A stretch of DNA of 64,000 nt from Nitrospirota bacterium (lineage in GTDB: Bacteria > Nitrospirota > JACRHJ01), in the NCBI GenBank assembly GCA_021784575.1, contig JAJYHX010000001.1:539995-603994 (forward strand), in the 5' to 3' direction. The position numbers and the translations under genes are program-made. Under the pieces are notes generated by a model that saw only the letters and a program-made list of their open reading frames with translations, ran no database searches and was not told the origin of the DNA. Position 1 is the stretch's first letter, and each line of letters opens with the position of its first letter. Of this stretch, positions 1 through 9,199 are shown piece by piece.

Positions 1-121
1 GATATAATCGATGCGCGGTTCCTTGTGCCGGCGTTTACAAACGCCGTCCCTTCCATCCCCGACATATACGAGACGAAGATAAGGAGAACGGCGGCTGTTA
101 ATCTTTTGACCGCGGACGCTT

Positions 122-787
122 TCACGAAGCCCTCTCAAGCCTCCCGGCGGACATCCTGTAGCGGGATTTCGCCTCGGCGGCAAGCGAACTGTTATGCGTC
201 ACGATGATGAACGTCGTTCCCTCGGCGCATTTTTTCTTGAATATCTCCATTATCTCCGACTCCGTGGCCTCGTCGAGGTCGCCGGTCGGCTCGTCCGCGA
301 GGATGACCTTTGGCGAGTTTATGAACGCCCTGGCGATGGCGACCCTCCTCTGCTGTCCGCCGGAGAGCCGCGAAGGATAGCTTTGCATCTTGTCCTTCAG
401 GCCGACCATCTCGAGGAGCGAGCGGGCGTATTCCACGAGCCCGTCCCCGGATTTTCCGAAGGCCGTGGGAAGGAGCACGTTCTCAAGACACGTGAGAGTC
501 GGCACGAGGCTTGCGAACTGGAAGATGAAGTTCACGTTCTTGTTGCGGAAGGCCGACAGATCGTCGTCCGGCAGTGACCATATCTCCGTTCCGCCGATGG
601 TTACGGAGCCGGACTGGGGTTTTGTAAGGCCGCCCATAAGGGACAGGAGAGTGGTCTTGCCGCTCCCGGAGTGGCCTACGACGCTGACAAAATCGCCCGC
701 TTCGACCTCCATGGAAACGCCGTCCACGGCATGGACGAGTTGGTCGCCGTCCTTGTAAGTCTTGGAAACGTCCCGCAAGCTGATCAT
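122..787 (-). CDS. ABC transporter ATP-binding protein (MacB/LolD/FtsE-like)
   Basis: 221-aa ORF with Walker A GHSGSGKTT, ABC signature LSGGQQRRV and Walker B ILADEPTGDLD. Its start abuts the stop of the upstream permease gene. Confidence 0.9.
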   Translation of the reverse strand: MISLRDVSKTYKDGDQLVHAVDGVSMEVEAGDFVSVVGHSGSGKTTLLSLMGGLTKPQSGSVTIGGTEIWSLPDDDLSAFRNKNVNFIFQFASLVPTLTCLENVLLPTAFGKSGDGLVEYARSLLEMVGLKDKMQSYPSRLSGGQQRRVAIARAFINSPKVILADEPTGDLDEATESEIMEIFKKKCAEGTTFIIVTHNSSLAAEAKSRYRMSAGRLERAS

Positions 788-1993
788 TTACTCCCCTTTG
801 CGGATCGCTTCGTATGGCTCCATCCTCGCGGAGATGGAGGCCGGATACAGCGCCGCGGCGATGCCGGTGATGGTGGAGACGACTATGCACCCGACGAGAA
901 GCGCGATTATAAGGCCGGGCGAAGGCCACAGGTACGGCACGCTGAGTTCCTTCACCAGCAGGTTCTTGAACGAATAGACGACAATCCCGCCGCCCGCCAC
1001 GCCAAGGATGCCGCCGGCGGATGTCAGCATGGCCGCCTCGGTTATCAGGAGGCGGAACATGAAGCCCTTCGTCGCGCCCATCGCCCTCAGGAGGCCTATC
1101 TCCCTCTGGCGCTCGTTCACAATCATAGAGAAGACCACGCCTATGAGCAGGAGCGCCATAACCCAGACAATCCCGCCGACCGTCAGGAGGTATGCGAACA
1201 GCTTAGAGAGCTGGTCCTTTACCGTGGATATTACGTCGCTCGATGCGATGGCCTTGACGCCGTCCACCGCGAAGGATATTTTCACGGCCACTCTCTGGGG
1301 CGTGTAGCCGTCCTTTACCTTCACGAGGACGGTCGAAATCTCGTCCGGCGTCACGTTCACCTTCTTCAGGGCCTTGGTCCCGGACTGCGCGGCCATTTTA
1401 TACGCGGCGTTTAAGGTAATGAACGCGGAGTTGTCGAGGTATCTCATGCCGGTGCGGGCGAGGGTGCCCACGACGTTGAATTCCTGGCCGTAGAACTTGA
1501 GCGTCCTGCCGGTCATCGTCGGGACCTCGTCCCCGGCGATTATATCGTTGTTGTTGAAATTTTTCCCGGAGAAATCCGTAAGCCAGGGCGTAACGGAGAA
1601 GTCCGTTGACGGGTCGAAGCCGATAAGCAGGACGTTGGATACGCCGCAGCACGAAAGAGGAGATGATTTTATGAATACCTGCGGGGTGGCCTTTTCCACG
1701 CCCTCGACCTGCCGCACCTCATCAAGGACCTTGCTCGGCATGTAGTATTCCGAAGGCTGGCCGGATATAAGGGCGTCCCTCGCCTTGGACTCGTCCTGCG
1801 CGGGAACGACGAGCACATCGGCCCCAAGCCGGCCGGCCCCGACGGCGATGCTCCTCCTGACGCTGTAGATGACGAGCGTGGCGGAGAAGAGAGTGCCGGA
1901 CACCGCCGCGACGGAAAGGACTATGGACACCGTGCGGAAGAGCTTCCTCCTGATATTGCGGACTGCCAGGTGGTTTAGGCCCAGCTTCTTCAA
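788..1993 (-). CDS. ABC transporter permease, FtsX/MacB type
   Basis: 401-aa ORF with an N-terminal TM helix, a large periplasmic domain and a C-terminal FtsX-type helix bundle (ERQREIGLLRAMGATKG). It overlaps the upstream gene by 4 nt. Confidence 0.85.
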   Translation of the reverse strand: MKKLGLNHLAVRNIRRKLFRTVSIVLSVAAVSGTLFSATLVIYSVRRSIAVGAGRLGADVLVVPAQDESKARDALISGQPSEYYMPSKVLDEVRQVEGVEKATPQVFIKSSPLSCCGVSNVLLIGFDPSTDFSVTPWLTDFSGKNFNNNDIIAGDEVPTMTGRTLKFYGQEFNVVGTLARTGMRYLDNSAFITLNAAYKMAAQSGTKALKKVNVTPDEISTVLVKVKDGYTPQRVAVKISFAVDGVKAIASSDVISTVKDQLSKLFAYLLTVGGIVWVMALLLIGVVFSMIVNERQREIGLLRAMGATKGFMFRLLITEAAMLTSAGGILGVAGGGIVVYSFKNLLVKELSVPYLWPSPGLIIALLVGCIVVSTITGIAAALYPASISARMEPYEAIRKGE

Positions 1994-2385
1994 GATTCCA
2001 CCTCATCTTTCCTTGCCGCGAGAAAAATAATTATGGACAATAGCAGAATGGCGCCGCCGCAGAGCCTCCAGACCGGGAGGTCTCCATACGTGCAGGCCAT
2101 CATGGGGTTATTGCAGACACCGATTAAAAAAGACGGATAAAGTATGATAAGGACTCCGCCGACTGCGGTTATTACGGAGAGCATCCGGGGAGTTTCCATT
2201 TTCGATGAGATTATGGATAGAAATGCGGCGGCAATGACTACCGCACAGGCGCCGATGACGCCCATGTAGGTATGCGAGTCCTTGTCGGAACAGAGCGGGA
2301 AAACCGCCGGGGCGACAAGCGCGGCTGCGGAAACGGCCATTTCTCCGCCCGCGACTACGGCAATTAATTTTTTTCTTGCGCTCAA
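1990..2385 (-). CDS. small polytopic membrane protein, Cys-containing (possibly DUF4418-like)
   Basis: 131-aa ORF with a TTG start (an internal ATG is also possible), about four hydrophobic helices, and translational coupling to the permease. The family name is from memory only. Confidence 0.5.
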   Translation of the reverse strand: MSARKKLIAVVAGGEMAVSAAALVAPAVFPLCSDKDSHTYMGVIGACAVVIAAAFLSIISSKMETPRMLSVITAVGGVLIILYPSFLIGVCNNPMMACTYGDLPVWRLCGGAILLLSIIIFLAARKDEVES

Positions 2386-2494
2386 AACCTGCCCCCTGAA
2401 CTTTCAGAACGTCCCTGGTTGCCGTCTTACAATTTCATACGGCTCGTTTTATTTTTAATATATCACGGTTGACTGGTCTTCCGGTAAAATTTTA

Positions 2495-2531
2495 CTAAAA
2501 ACCGTCCCCTGGGCCTTTTGACCCAGGGGAC
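2495..2531 (-). terminator. rho-independent terminator of the beta-propeller gene
   Basis: The stem GTCCCCTGGG (2504-2513) pairs with CCCAGGGGAC (2522-2531) around an 8-nt loop. On the minus strand a GGTTTTT run follows. Confidence 0.65.
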
Positions 2532-2565
2532 ATGAGTCTTCCCTTGTTTAGGGGGGGCCGGGTAT

Positions 2566-3603
2566 CTATTCAGGGTTCTTTCCCCAGTCCACGGCTATGC
2601 CGCAGAGGAGGGGCGAACCGTTGTCTATCTTAATCTTCACGCCCGCCTCCTGATGACATCTCTTGCAGATGGACACTTCCTTGACGATCTTGTGCGTCTT
2701 GGCGTTCATGACGGCCAGTATCGAGTCGTCAGAGTATGTCCTGCAGGACACAAGCACCCATTTGCCGTCCGGCGTAAAGGCCAGGTCGTGCGGGAAGAGC
2801 TGGTCGTCCGTCACGTCAACCCTGTCCTTTATCTTCCTATTCTTCACGTCGATTATGACAATCTGGCTCTTGCCCTTGCCGGCGACGGAACTTGGCTGAG
2901 GGCCCTTGGCAGTAACGACGAACTCGTTCGGCGCGGTGCACCAAAGCTCGGTATGCGCCGGGTTCATGCGTATCTGGTGGATGAATGTGCCGATCTTAAT
3001 CGCGCCGATTTTCTTCTTGGTCTTCCAGTCAAGGATGAAAATCTTGCCCTGAACCATGTCGGAGACGAAGGCGGTCTTGCCGTCTTTTGTCCAGGCGATG
3101 CCGCATACGGACTTGCCGACCGGTATTACGTCCGCCTTCTTTTCCTTCTTGATGTTGAACTGGTATACGTTGCCGTTCGCCATGTCCTCATAGTAAATAT
3201 CCTTGCCGCCGGGGCCGGGGATGGCGCCGCAGAACTTCTCGCCAACCTGTCCCAGGTCGGTCAGTTTCTGGGTGTCGAGATTATATTTTTTAACCCGGCC
3301 GTCAAGAAGGCCGACGAAGAGATCGCGTCCGATAAGCGCCGCGCCGTGGGTGCCGCCGCCCGGCTTCTTGTGCGCGGCGTCCAGGTGCAGGCCCGCTATA
3401 ACGCCTTCGGTCTCGCTCCCGGCGTGGGTTATTACAATCCTGTCCAGATCCCACGTGGAAAGATTAATCACGGCCAGGTGCCCGCCGTGTCCCGCCACAT
3501 AAGCCGTGCCTTTCAGAAGCGGCGCGTCATCAGCCGCGGCAATCATGGCCGTGGCCATCAGCGCCACGGCGGCAAGAGCAATACAGAACATCATCTTCTT
3601 CAT
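2566..3603 (-). CDS. secreted beta-propeller protein (YVTN/lactonase-like) with a C-terminal CXXCH motif
   Basis: The ORF track entry 2566..3699 was trimmed to the ATG at 3603, which is preceded by GGAGG. The protein has the signal peptide MKKMMFCIALAAVALMATAMIAA and blade-like periodicity. CKRCH is encoded at 2653..2667. Confidence 0.7.
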   Translation of the reverse strand: MKKMMFCIALAAVALMATAMIAAADDAPLLKGTAYVAGHGGHLAVINLSTWDLDRIVITHAGSETEGVIAGLHLDAAHKKPGGGTHGAALIGRDLFVGLLDGRVKKYNLDTQKLTDLGQVGEKFCGAIPGPGGKDIYYEDMANGNVYQFNIKKEKKADVIPVGKSVCGIAWTKDGKTAFVSDMVQGKIFILDWKTKKKIGAIKIGTFIHQIRMNPAHTELWCTAPNEFVVTAKGPQPSSVAGKGKSQIVIIDVKNRKIKDRVDVTDDQLFPHDLAFTPDGKWVLVSCRTYSDDSILAVMNAKTHKIVKEVSICKRCHQEAGVKIKIDNGSPLLCGIAVDWGKNPE

Positions 3604-3754
3604 GGCTTTTCCTCCAAGCTGTTTGCCATTTTTAATAGCCGGAATCCGCCGAGACCGGCTTTTCCCCAGTGATACATAGAAAAATCTCCCCTGCAACAAC
3701 CTAAAAAATAGCTTCCCGCAAATACCGCGTTCACCTCCTTTAAAAAAAATTCGA

Positions 3755-4876
3755 CTACTCTCTTATGAACAGGAAATAGACCATCGTCCAACTGCCGAGG
3801 ATTATGAATATTATCGATACCAGACTGCCCAGGGCCAGCGTGGAAAGGCCGGTGAGTCCGTGGCCGATGTTGCACCCGCCCGCAAGCGTTGCGCCGAAAC
3901 CCATGATAAGCCCGCCCGAGAACTGTGTCACGAGCGACTGGGCCTTGGGGGCGCGCCACGAGAACTCCTTGTTCCTGTATGCCGACAGAAACGAGCCCGC
4001 CACGAGTCCGAATATCATCCACACGCTCCATGTCATCGTCCCGAGCTTGCCTACCACGCCCGCCACGTCATCCGCCTGGGCCGCGACAGCCGTTTTCTTT
4101 ATCGCGGCGAACTTGGCCGCGCCGGTGAACCATGCGGACAACTCGTTTAAGGGGCCGGTAAAGGAAAGGCCCCTGGCATGCGGGAAGCCGCCCCAGACCT
4201 CGGAGGCATAGAAAGCCAGTGTGGCCACAAGGCCGACGATTATACCGGTAGACCACCAACTGAAGCCCTTTTGTCCGGCAGTCCTCTTGAAATTACCCTT
4301 GGCGATGAATATCAGGGCGGGGACGGCAAGCACGGCTATTACTAACCATCGGTTTACGCCGAGCACGCTGTATATGGTGACCGGCATGAGGTTGCCGTTT
4401 GTGTCCACTACTCCGTAAAAGAACTTCGCGCTGGCGAGGTTGGATGGATCGAACCCCGGGCCGAACCACAGGAACTTGGCGATGGGGTTAAGTACGCCCG
4501 AGAGCGTCGAGGCGGCTGTTAGCAGGAACCCCAGGGCGGCAAACCACGAGCCTATCATGCCCTCGCCCACCCTGTAGAGCGTCCCTGTCGCGCATCCGCC
4601 GGCCAGCACCATCCCGATGCCGAATATATACCCGCCCAGGACGTTGGCCAGCCAGGTGAAGGGAATAACCCGGAGCTTTATAATACCGGCGGCGTCCAGG
4701 CCGTTGGCGCCTATGATTAATATGATAAGCGCCAGGATGTATATCCTGAACACGGTGAAATCACGGGACAGGAGCACCTCCCGGAATGCGGTATTCATGC
4801 AGAATCGTCCGTGCTGGAGGGCCCATCCGAATATCAGCCCTACGCTAAGCCCGGAAATGATTAACGGCCAGTTCAT
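3755..4876 (-). CDS. YeeE/YedE-family sulfur-compound (thiosulfate-type) transporter
   Basis: Trimmed to the ATG at 4876, which is preceded by GGAGG. Polytopic membrane protein with the three conserved Cys loops HGRFCMNTAF, LAGGCATGTLY and LAGGCNIGHGL, typical of YeeE/TsuA. Confidence 0.8.
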   Translation of the reverse strand: MNWPLIISGLSVGLIFGWALQHGRFCMNTAFREVLLSRDFTVFRIYILALIILIIGANGLDAAGIIKLRVIPFTWLANVLGGYIFGIGMVLAGGCATGTLYRVGEGMIGSWFAALGFLLTAASTLSGVLNPIAKFLWFGPGFDPSNLASAKFFYGVVDTNGNLMPVTIYSVLGVNRWLVIAVLAVPALIFIAKGNFKRTAGQKGFSWWSTGIIVGLVATLAFYASEVWGGFPHARGLSFTGPLNELSAWFTGAAKFAAIKKTAVAAQADDVAGVVGKLGTMTWSVWMIFGLVAGSFLSAYRNKEFSWRAPKAQSLVTQFSGGLIMGFGATLAGGCNIGHGLTGLSTLALGSLVSIIFIILGSWTMVYFLFIRE

Positions 4877-4935
4877 TTCTTCGTTCCTCCTTCTATTTAT
4901 TGATATGGATTTAAACAACCGCCATTTTCCACAAG

Positions 4936-4951
4936 TGCAAAAGCTCTGCCA
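4936..4951 (-). promoter_or_regulatory. sigma-54 (-24/-12) promoter for the YeeE gene
   Basis: The minus strand reads TGGCAGAGCTTTTGCA, i.e. GG-N10-GC spacing with a TTGCA -12 box. It lies about 60 nt upstream of the ATG at 4876. Confidence 0.65.
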
Positions 4952-5166
4952 CCCCGTGCGCGGATTTTTGTCTTTTCGGGAACCATATGATTGAAAAAGG
5001 GAAAATGTTTATGAACTTTAAAATCCGGCATTTAATTGGCTGCTAAAATAATGCAAACTGGGACATCAGCGCCCCATTTATACCTTTTTTGTCCCAAAAG
5101 AAAGGGCTTTTATTCGGTTTTGCACTGTGATAAACTCCGGCAAGTGTCAGGATTGACCGCTTTCCA

Positions 5167-5182
5167 TGGCATGTTAATTGCA
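5167..5182 (+). promoter_or_regulatory. sigma-54 (-24/-12) promoter for the PhnD-like/TPR/YedE operon
   Basis: TGGCATGTTAATTGCA has correct GG-N10-GC spacing and lies about 77 nt upstream of the TTG start at 5259. Confidence 0.65.
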
Positions 5183-5258
5183 ATCATTATCTGTGTTGAT
5201 TAGACCCGCAACATCTGGTTAAAACAATAAAAACATTATTAATCAGGAGGGTAAGCAA

Positions 5259-6179
5259 TTGTCATCGAAAAGAGTTCTTTGCGTTCTGGGGGCGGTATTT
5301 TTGCTTTTTGCGGCATCCGGCTGCAACAAAAAGGCCCAAAGCGATACGGCGGGAAGGCCGACGATGCGGATTGGATTCATGATATGCAACAGCGAGGCAG
5401 AGACCATGTCCCGTTTTGCGCCTCTCTGCAAATATCTGTCTGAAAAGATGAATATCAATTTTGTCCCAGTCCCCATCAACACTATAGATTTCGAGCAGGC
5501 GGTCCGGGATAAGAAAGTGGACTTTACTCATACAAATTCCCTCTTGTATGTTATACTGAATAAGAATTACGGCGTCGATATACTGGCCGGAGACGTGCGG
5601 GGGCAGTACGGCAGGTTCTCCAGGGGGGCTATAATGGTCCGCAAGGACAGCCCCATAAAGACCATTGCCGACCTTAAGGACAAGCGTCTTGTTTTCGGGC
5701 CGGCGTTTGCGCCCACGGGTTATCTTTCTCAGTATTACCTGATGCTGAAGAACGGGTTCAACCCCGAAACCGGCCTAAGGTTCTATACGACGCCGCACGG
5801 CGCATACAAGCACGACAAGGTAATCTACGCCCTGATGTACGGGGCTTATGACGCAGCCGCCGTGCCGATGCTCGATTTCGAACTGCTGTCCAAAGAAGGC
5901 AGGATAGACCCTTCAGATTTTCGCATTATCGCCGAGGAAAAACTCATACCATACTGCGGTTTTGGAGTCTGTGAGAACGTAAAAGAGAACATTGCCGGCA
6001 AGTTCAAGAAAATCCTCCTGAACATAAAGCCTGGCGACACAGTGGATTACCAGGGCGAGCGCCTCAAGGTATTGAAGGCCGCATGGGTGGACGGTTTTGC
6101 GCAAGCGAAAGACTCTGATTACGACTTTGTAAGGGAGATGGCCAAGACGTGCAATATGCCGCCTTACCAGAAGTTCTGA
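5259..6179 (+). CDS. PhnD-like periplasmic substrate-binding lipoprotein
   Basis: 306 aa with a TTG start 8 nt after AGGAGG and the lipobox LFAASGC. The overall pattern resembles the phosphonate/PhnD SBP family (VDFTHTNSLLYV..., GAYDAAAVP). Confidence 0.65.
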   Translation: MSSKRVLCVLGAVFLLFAASGCNKKAQSDTAGRPTMRIGFMICNSEAETMSRFAPLCKYLSEKMNINFVPVPINTIDFEQAVRDKKVDFTHTNSLLYVILNKNYGVDILAGDVRGQYGRFSRGAIMVRKDSPIKTIADLKDKRLVFGPAFAPTGYLSQYYLMLKNGFNPETGLRFYTTPHGAYKHDKVIYALMYGAYDAAAVPMLDFELLSKEGRIDPSDFRIIAEEKLIPYCGFGVCENVKENIAGKFKKILLNIKPGDTVDYQGERLKVLKAAWVDGFAQAKDSDYDFVREMAKTCNMPPYQKF

Positions 6180-6180
6180 G

Positions 6181-6699
6181 ATGAAGCTCGACAGGTTTGA
6201 TCTCGTCGTCATTTCCGCCGCCGCGGCGCTGGCGGCCGGGGCTGTTTTTTATGGCGCCGCAGGCTACGGAACCCAGGAAAAGGCGGAGGCCGCGGCCAGG
6301 CAGGACCCGACGGTCGCCGCGCAGATGGCCCCGAAGATTATCGAAGCCAGGGCATTGATGAATTCCGGCCAGATGCGCCAGGCGGCCAGCGCCTGCAAGT
6401 CTGTATGCCTTGCCGACCCTGCGGACGCCTCGGCTCATGCGCTCTACGGCCAGGTGTGCTCCAGGCTTCAGGACTATCCGGATGCGGTAAAGGAGTTCCG
6501 GATGTGTCTCTCTCTCGATGCGGATTACGCCGACAGCAAATCGAGCAAGTTTATCGGCAAGATAATCAAGGCCACGATAAGAGAGTGCAAACCGCAGTTC
6601 ATGCTGGCGCTTTCAAAGAATCCGGGCGACAAGGAAGCGGCGGCGGACATGGAAAACGTCCATTACATCCAGAGGATGCTTGCGGGTGGCTGCGACTGA
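6181..6699 (+). CDS. TPR-repeat protein with N-terminal membrane anchor
   Basis: 172 aa with a hydrophobic N-terminus (VVISAAAALAAGAVFYGAAGYG) and TPR-like helices (AHALYGQVCSRLQDYPDAVKEFRMCLSLD). Confidence 0.6.
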   Translation: MKLDRFDLVVISAAAALAAGAVFYGAAGYGTQEKAEAAARQDPTVAAQMAPKIIEARALMNSGQMRQAASACKSVCLADPADASAHALYGQVCSRLQDYPDAVKEFRMCLSLDADYADSKSSKFIGKIIKATIRECKPQFMLALSKNPGDKEAAADMENVHYIQRMLAGGCD

Positions 6700-7759
6700 G
6701 TTTGTAAAAAAGCACAAGGAGACCCTTGTCGCCATCGCCGCCGGAGTGGCCATGGGGTGGGCCGGGGCGTGCCTCGCCTGTCTCGGCAACCCCAAGAATA
6801 CCGGCATATGCATATCCTGCTTCATGGAGAACCTTGCCGGTTCGCTGGGGCTTCACCATAACCTCAGAATGGCCTACATACGCCCGGAACTTGCCGGGTT
6901 TGTCCTGGGCGGCATGGCAGCCGCACTAATGGCCAGGGAATTCAGGCCGGAGGGCGGTTCTTCGCCGATGCTCCGCTTTTTTGCCGGCGTCCTCCTCATT
7001 GTCGGCTGCTCCATCTTCCTCGGATGTCCCATAAGGATGGTGCTAAGGCTGGCAAACGGGGACTTCACGGCGATTTCCGCGGTCGTGGGCCTTGTTGTTG
7101 GCGTATGGATAGGCTTTCAGTTTCTGAAGCGCGGGTTTTATCTCGGCGATATTTCGCCGATGCCGTTCTTAAACGGTCTTGTGATACCGGCGATATTCGG
7201 GCTACTTCTCCTGGGGCTTGCGTTCAGGCCCGATTTCCTGCGCTTTTCTAAGGTCGGCCCCGGGGCGATGGAGGCGCATATAAAGTTCTCGCTGACCGCC
7301 GGACTGGTTATAGGCTTCCTTGCGCAACGCTCGCGTTTTTGCATAACGGGCAGTATCGGGAATTTCATCGCATCAAGAGACAAAAAGGTAATCATAGCGC
7401 TTGTTGCGTTCGCGCTCACGGCCCTCGCGGTTAACCTCTACAAAGGCTTTTTTACGCCGGGATTTGAAGGCCAGCCCGGCTCGCACCTATCCTACGGCTG
7501 GAGTTTCATGGGTATGATGCTCGTCGGGATAGTGTCGGCGATGATAGGCGGGTGCCCGTTCAGGCAGCTTATCATGGCCGGCCAGGGCAGCACGGACGCC
7601 GGCGCGGCGGTGCTCGGCATGATTGCCGGCGGGGCCGTAGTCCAGGCATGGGATATAACCAGCTCGAACATGGGGCCGACAGTCTATGGCGAAGTGGCCA
7701 CGCTGGCCGGGCTTTCGCTGGTGCTGGCGGCGGGGCTTTTCCTGCGGGTGAGGGAATGA
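6680..7759 (+). CDS. YedE-family membrane protein (putative selenium/sulfur metabolism transporter)
   Basis: 359 aa and polytopic, with the Cys motifs CISCF, LGCPIRM, SRFCITG and GGCPFRQ, as in YedE-type proteins. Start is TTG or GTG and overlaps the TPR gene end. Confidence 0.7.
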   Translation: MRVAATEFVKKHKETLVAIAAGVAMGWAGACLACLGNPKNTGICISCFMENLAGSLGLHHNLRMAYIRPELAGFVLGGMAAALMAREFRPEGGSSPMLRFFAGVLLIVGCSIFLGCPIRMVLRLANGDFTAISAVVGLVVGVWIGFQFLKRGFYLGDISPMPFLNGLVIPAIFGLLLLGLAFRPDFLRFSKVGPGAMEAHIKFSLTAGLVIGFLAQRSRFCITGSIGNFIASRDKKVIIALVAFALTALAVNLYKGFFTPGFEGQPGSHLSYGWSFMGMMLVGIVSAMIGGCPFRQLIMAGQGSTDAGAAVLGMIAGGAVVQAWDITSSNMGPTVYGEVATLAGLSLVLAAGLFLRVRE

Positions 7760-7901
7760 AACACGTGATTTGTGCTTAGTGGAAAAGCCGCCGGGGCCCC
7801 GTTTAAAGGCCTCCGGGGGTGACAGGTTTTTAAATACAACGAACACGGGAACGAGCCACGAACACGGGTTTTACCGAGCGCCATGACAAACAGGACATTG
7901 A

Positions 7902-7931
7902 TTTAAAATATTCTTCAATTCCCGGTATAAT
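7902..7931 (+). promoter_or_regulatory. sigma-70-like promoter, possibly giving a leaderless mRNA
   Basis: TATAAT at 7926-7931 lies only 6 nt before the ATG at 7938, and there is no Shine-Dalgarno. The -35 (TTTAAA, 18-nt spacer) is weak. Confidence 0.35.
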
Positions 7932-7937
7932 AAAAAA

Positions 7938-9143
7938 ATGATATACCTCGACAACGCAGCCACGTCGCACCCGAAACCTGAATCCGTCTACAAACGGATA
8001 GACTTCGTCCTTCGGAACGCCTCCGCGAACCCCGGCCGCTCCGGCCACAGGATGGCCATAGAGGCAAACCGGGTAATCTTCGAGAGCAGAGAGAGCGTAG
8101 CGCGCCTGTTCAACATCAAACGCCCCGAAAGGATAATCTTTACCTGTAACGCGACGGCGGCCCTCAACCTCGCCCTTAAGGGGCTTCTTCAGCCGGGCGA
8201 CCACTGCGTGACGTCCGACATGGAGCACAACTCCATGGTCAGGCCGCTTAAGTTCCTCTCGCAGCAGGGCGTGAATGTTCACAGGGTGCAGGCGTCCAGG
8301 GAAGGGAGCCTCGACCCGGACGAGGTGTCTTCGGCCATAACCTGCGAGACCAGGCTCATAGCCGTAACGCACGCCTCGAACGTCATAGGCACGATTACGC
8401 CGATAGACGCCATAATCAGGGCCGCGCATAATAAAGAAGTGCCCGTCCTCATCGACGCCGCACAGACCGCGGGGTCCGTCCCGATAGACGTCGAGGCGCT
8501 TGACGTGGACATGCTCGCCTGTCCCGGCCACAAGGGGCTGTTCGGCCCGCAGGGGACGGGGTTTTTATATGTATCCCCGAAGATAAACCTGAACCCTACC
8601 GTGTTCGGCGGAACCGGTTCGCGCTCGGACCTCGACAGGATGCCGGATTTCCTGCCTGACCGTTACGAGGCCGGGACTCTGAATACGCCGGGCATCGCGG
8701 GCCTTGGAGCAGGCGCGGAATTTATATCCTCGGAAGGTGTCGATGCCATACGCGCACACGAAAAACATATGCTTTCCCGCCTGATAGACGGCCTGTTACG
8801 GGTTTTGGGGGTGAGGGTTTACGGGACGGGGGACATCGAGCGGCGCGCGGCTGTCGTGTCTTTTACAATCGAAGGCATGGACCCGGCTGTCATCGGGGAC
8901 AGGCTCGATACGGATTTTGGAATAGGCGTGCGCGTGGGGATACACTGCGCCCCGGACGCCCACAAGGTAATCGGGAGCTACCCGAAGGGCACGGTGCGGA
9001 TGAGCCCGGGATATTTTACGACGCCGGAAGATATAGACCGGGCGATAGAGGCGGTAGGCGTAATCGCAGCCGACCGGGACAACCGCCGGCATGTCCCTGT
9101 CTCCGCCCCGCGTCCCGCCCTCCCGCGCGGATGGGGAGAATAA
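7938..9143 (+). CDS. class V aminotransferase: cysteine desulfurase / selenocysteine lyase family
   Basis: 401 aa with a PLP-lysine context (ACPGHKGLFGPQGTGFLY) and an active-site Cys context (RVGIHCAPDAH). Confidence 0.85.
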   Translation: MIYLDNAATSHPKPESVYKRIDFVLRNASANPGRSGHRMAIEANRVIFESRESVARLFNIKRPERIIFTCNATAALNLALKGLLQPGDHCVTSDMEHNSMVRPLKFLSQQGVNVHRVQASREGSLDPDEVSSAITCETRLIAVTHASNVIGTITPIDAIIRAAHNKEVPVLIDAAQTAGSVPIDVEALDVDMLACPGHKGLFGPQGTGFLYVSPKINLNPTVFGGTGSRSDLDRMPDFLPDRYEAGTLNTPGIAGLGAGAEFISSEGVDAIRAHEKHMLSRLIDGLLRVLGVRVYGTGDIERRAAVVSFTIEGMDPAVIGDRLDTDFGIGVRVGIHCAPDAHKVIGSYPKGTVRMSPGYFTTPEDIDRAIEAVGVIAADRDNRRHVPVSAPRPALPRGWGE

Positions 9144-9199
9144 TGGGTAACGGTTGTTTCGGGGCCTGGTACAGATAGGGCAACGCGCGGGGCTGATAA

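Noticed and set aside
25-207. 60-aa plus-strand ORF at the window edge.
   Set aside because: It overlaps the 3' end of the well-supported ABC ATPase gene on the opposite strand and has no start context. The first about 120 nt of the window are left unannotated.
9167-9182. Sigma-54-like element TGGTACAGATAGGGCA upstream of the DUF3343-like gene.
   Set aside because: The spacing is right, but the -12 box is GGGCA rather than TTGC(A/T). The predicted start would also leave only about 7 nt of leader before the ATG at 9200.
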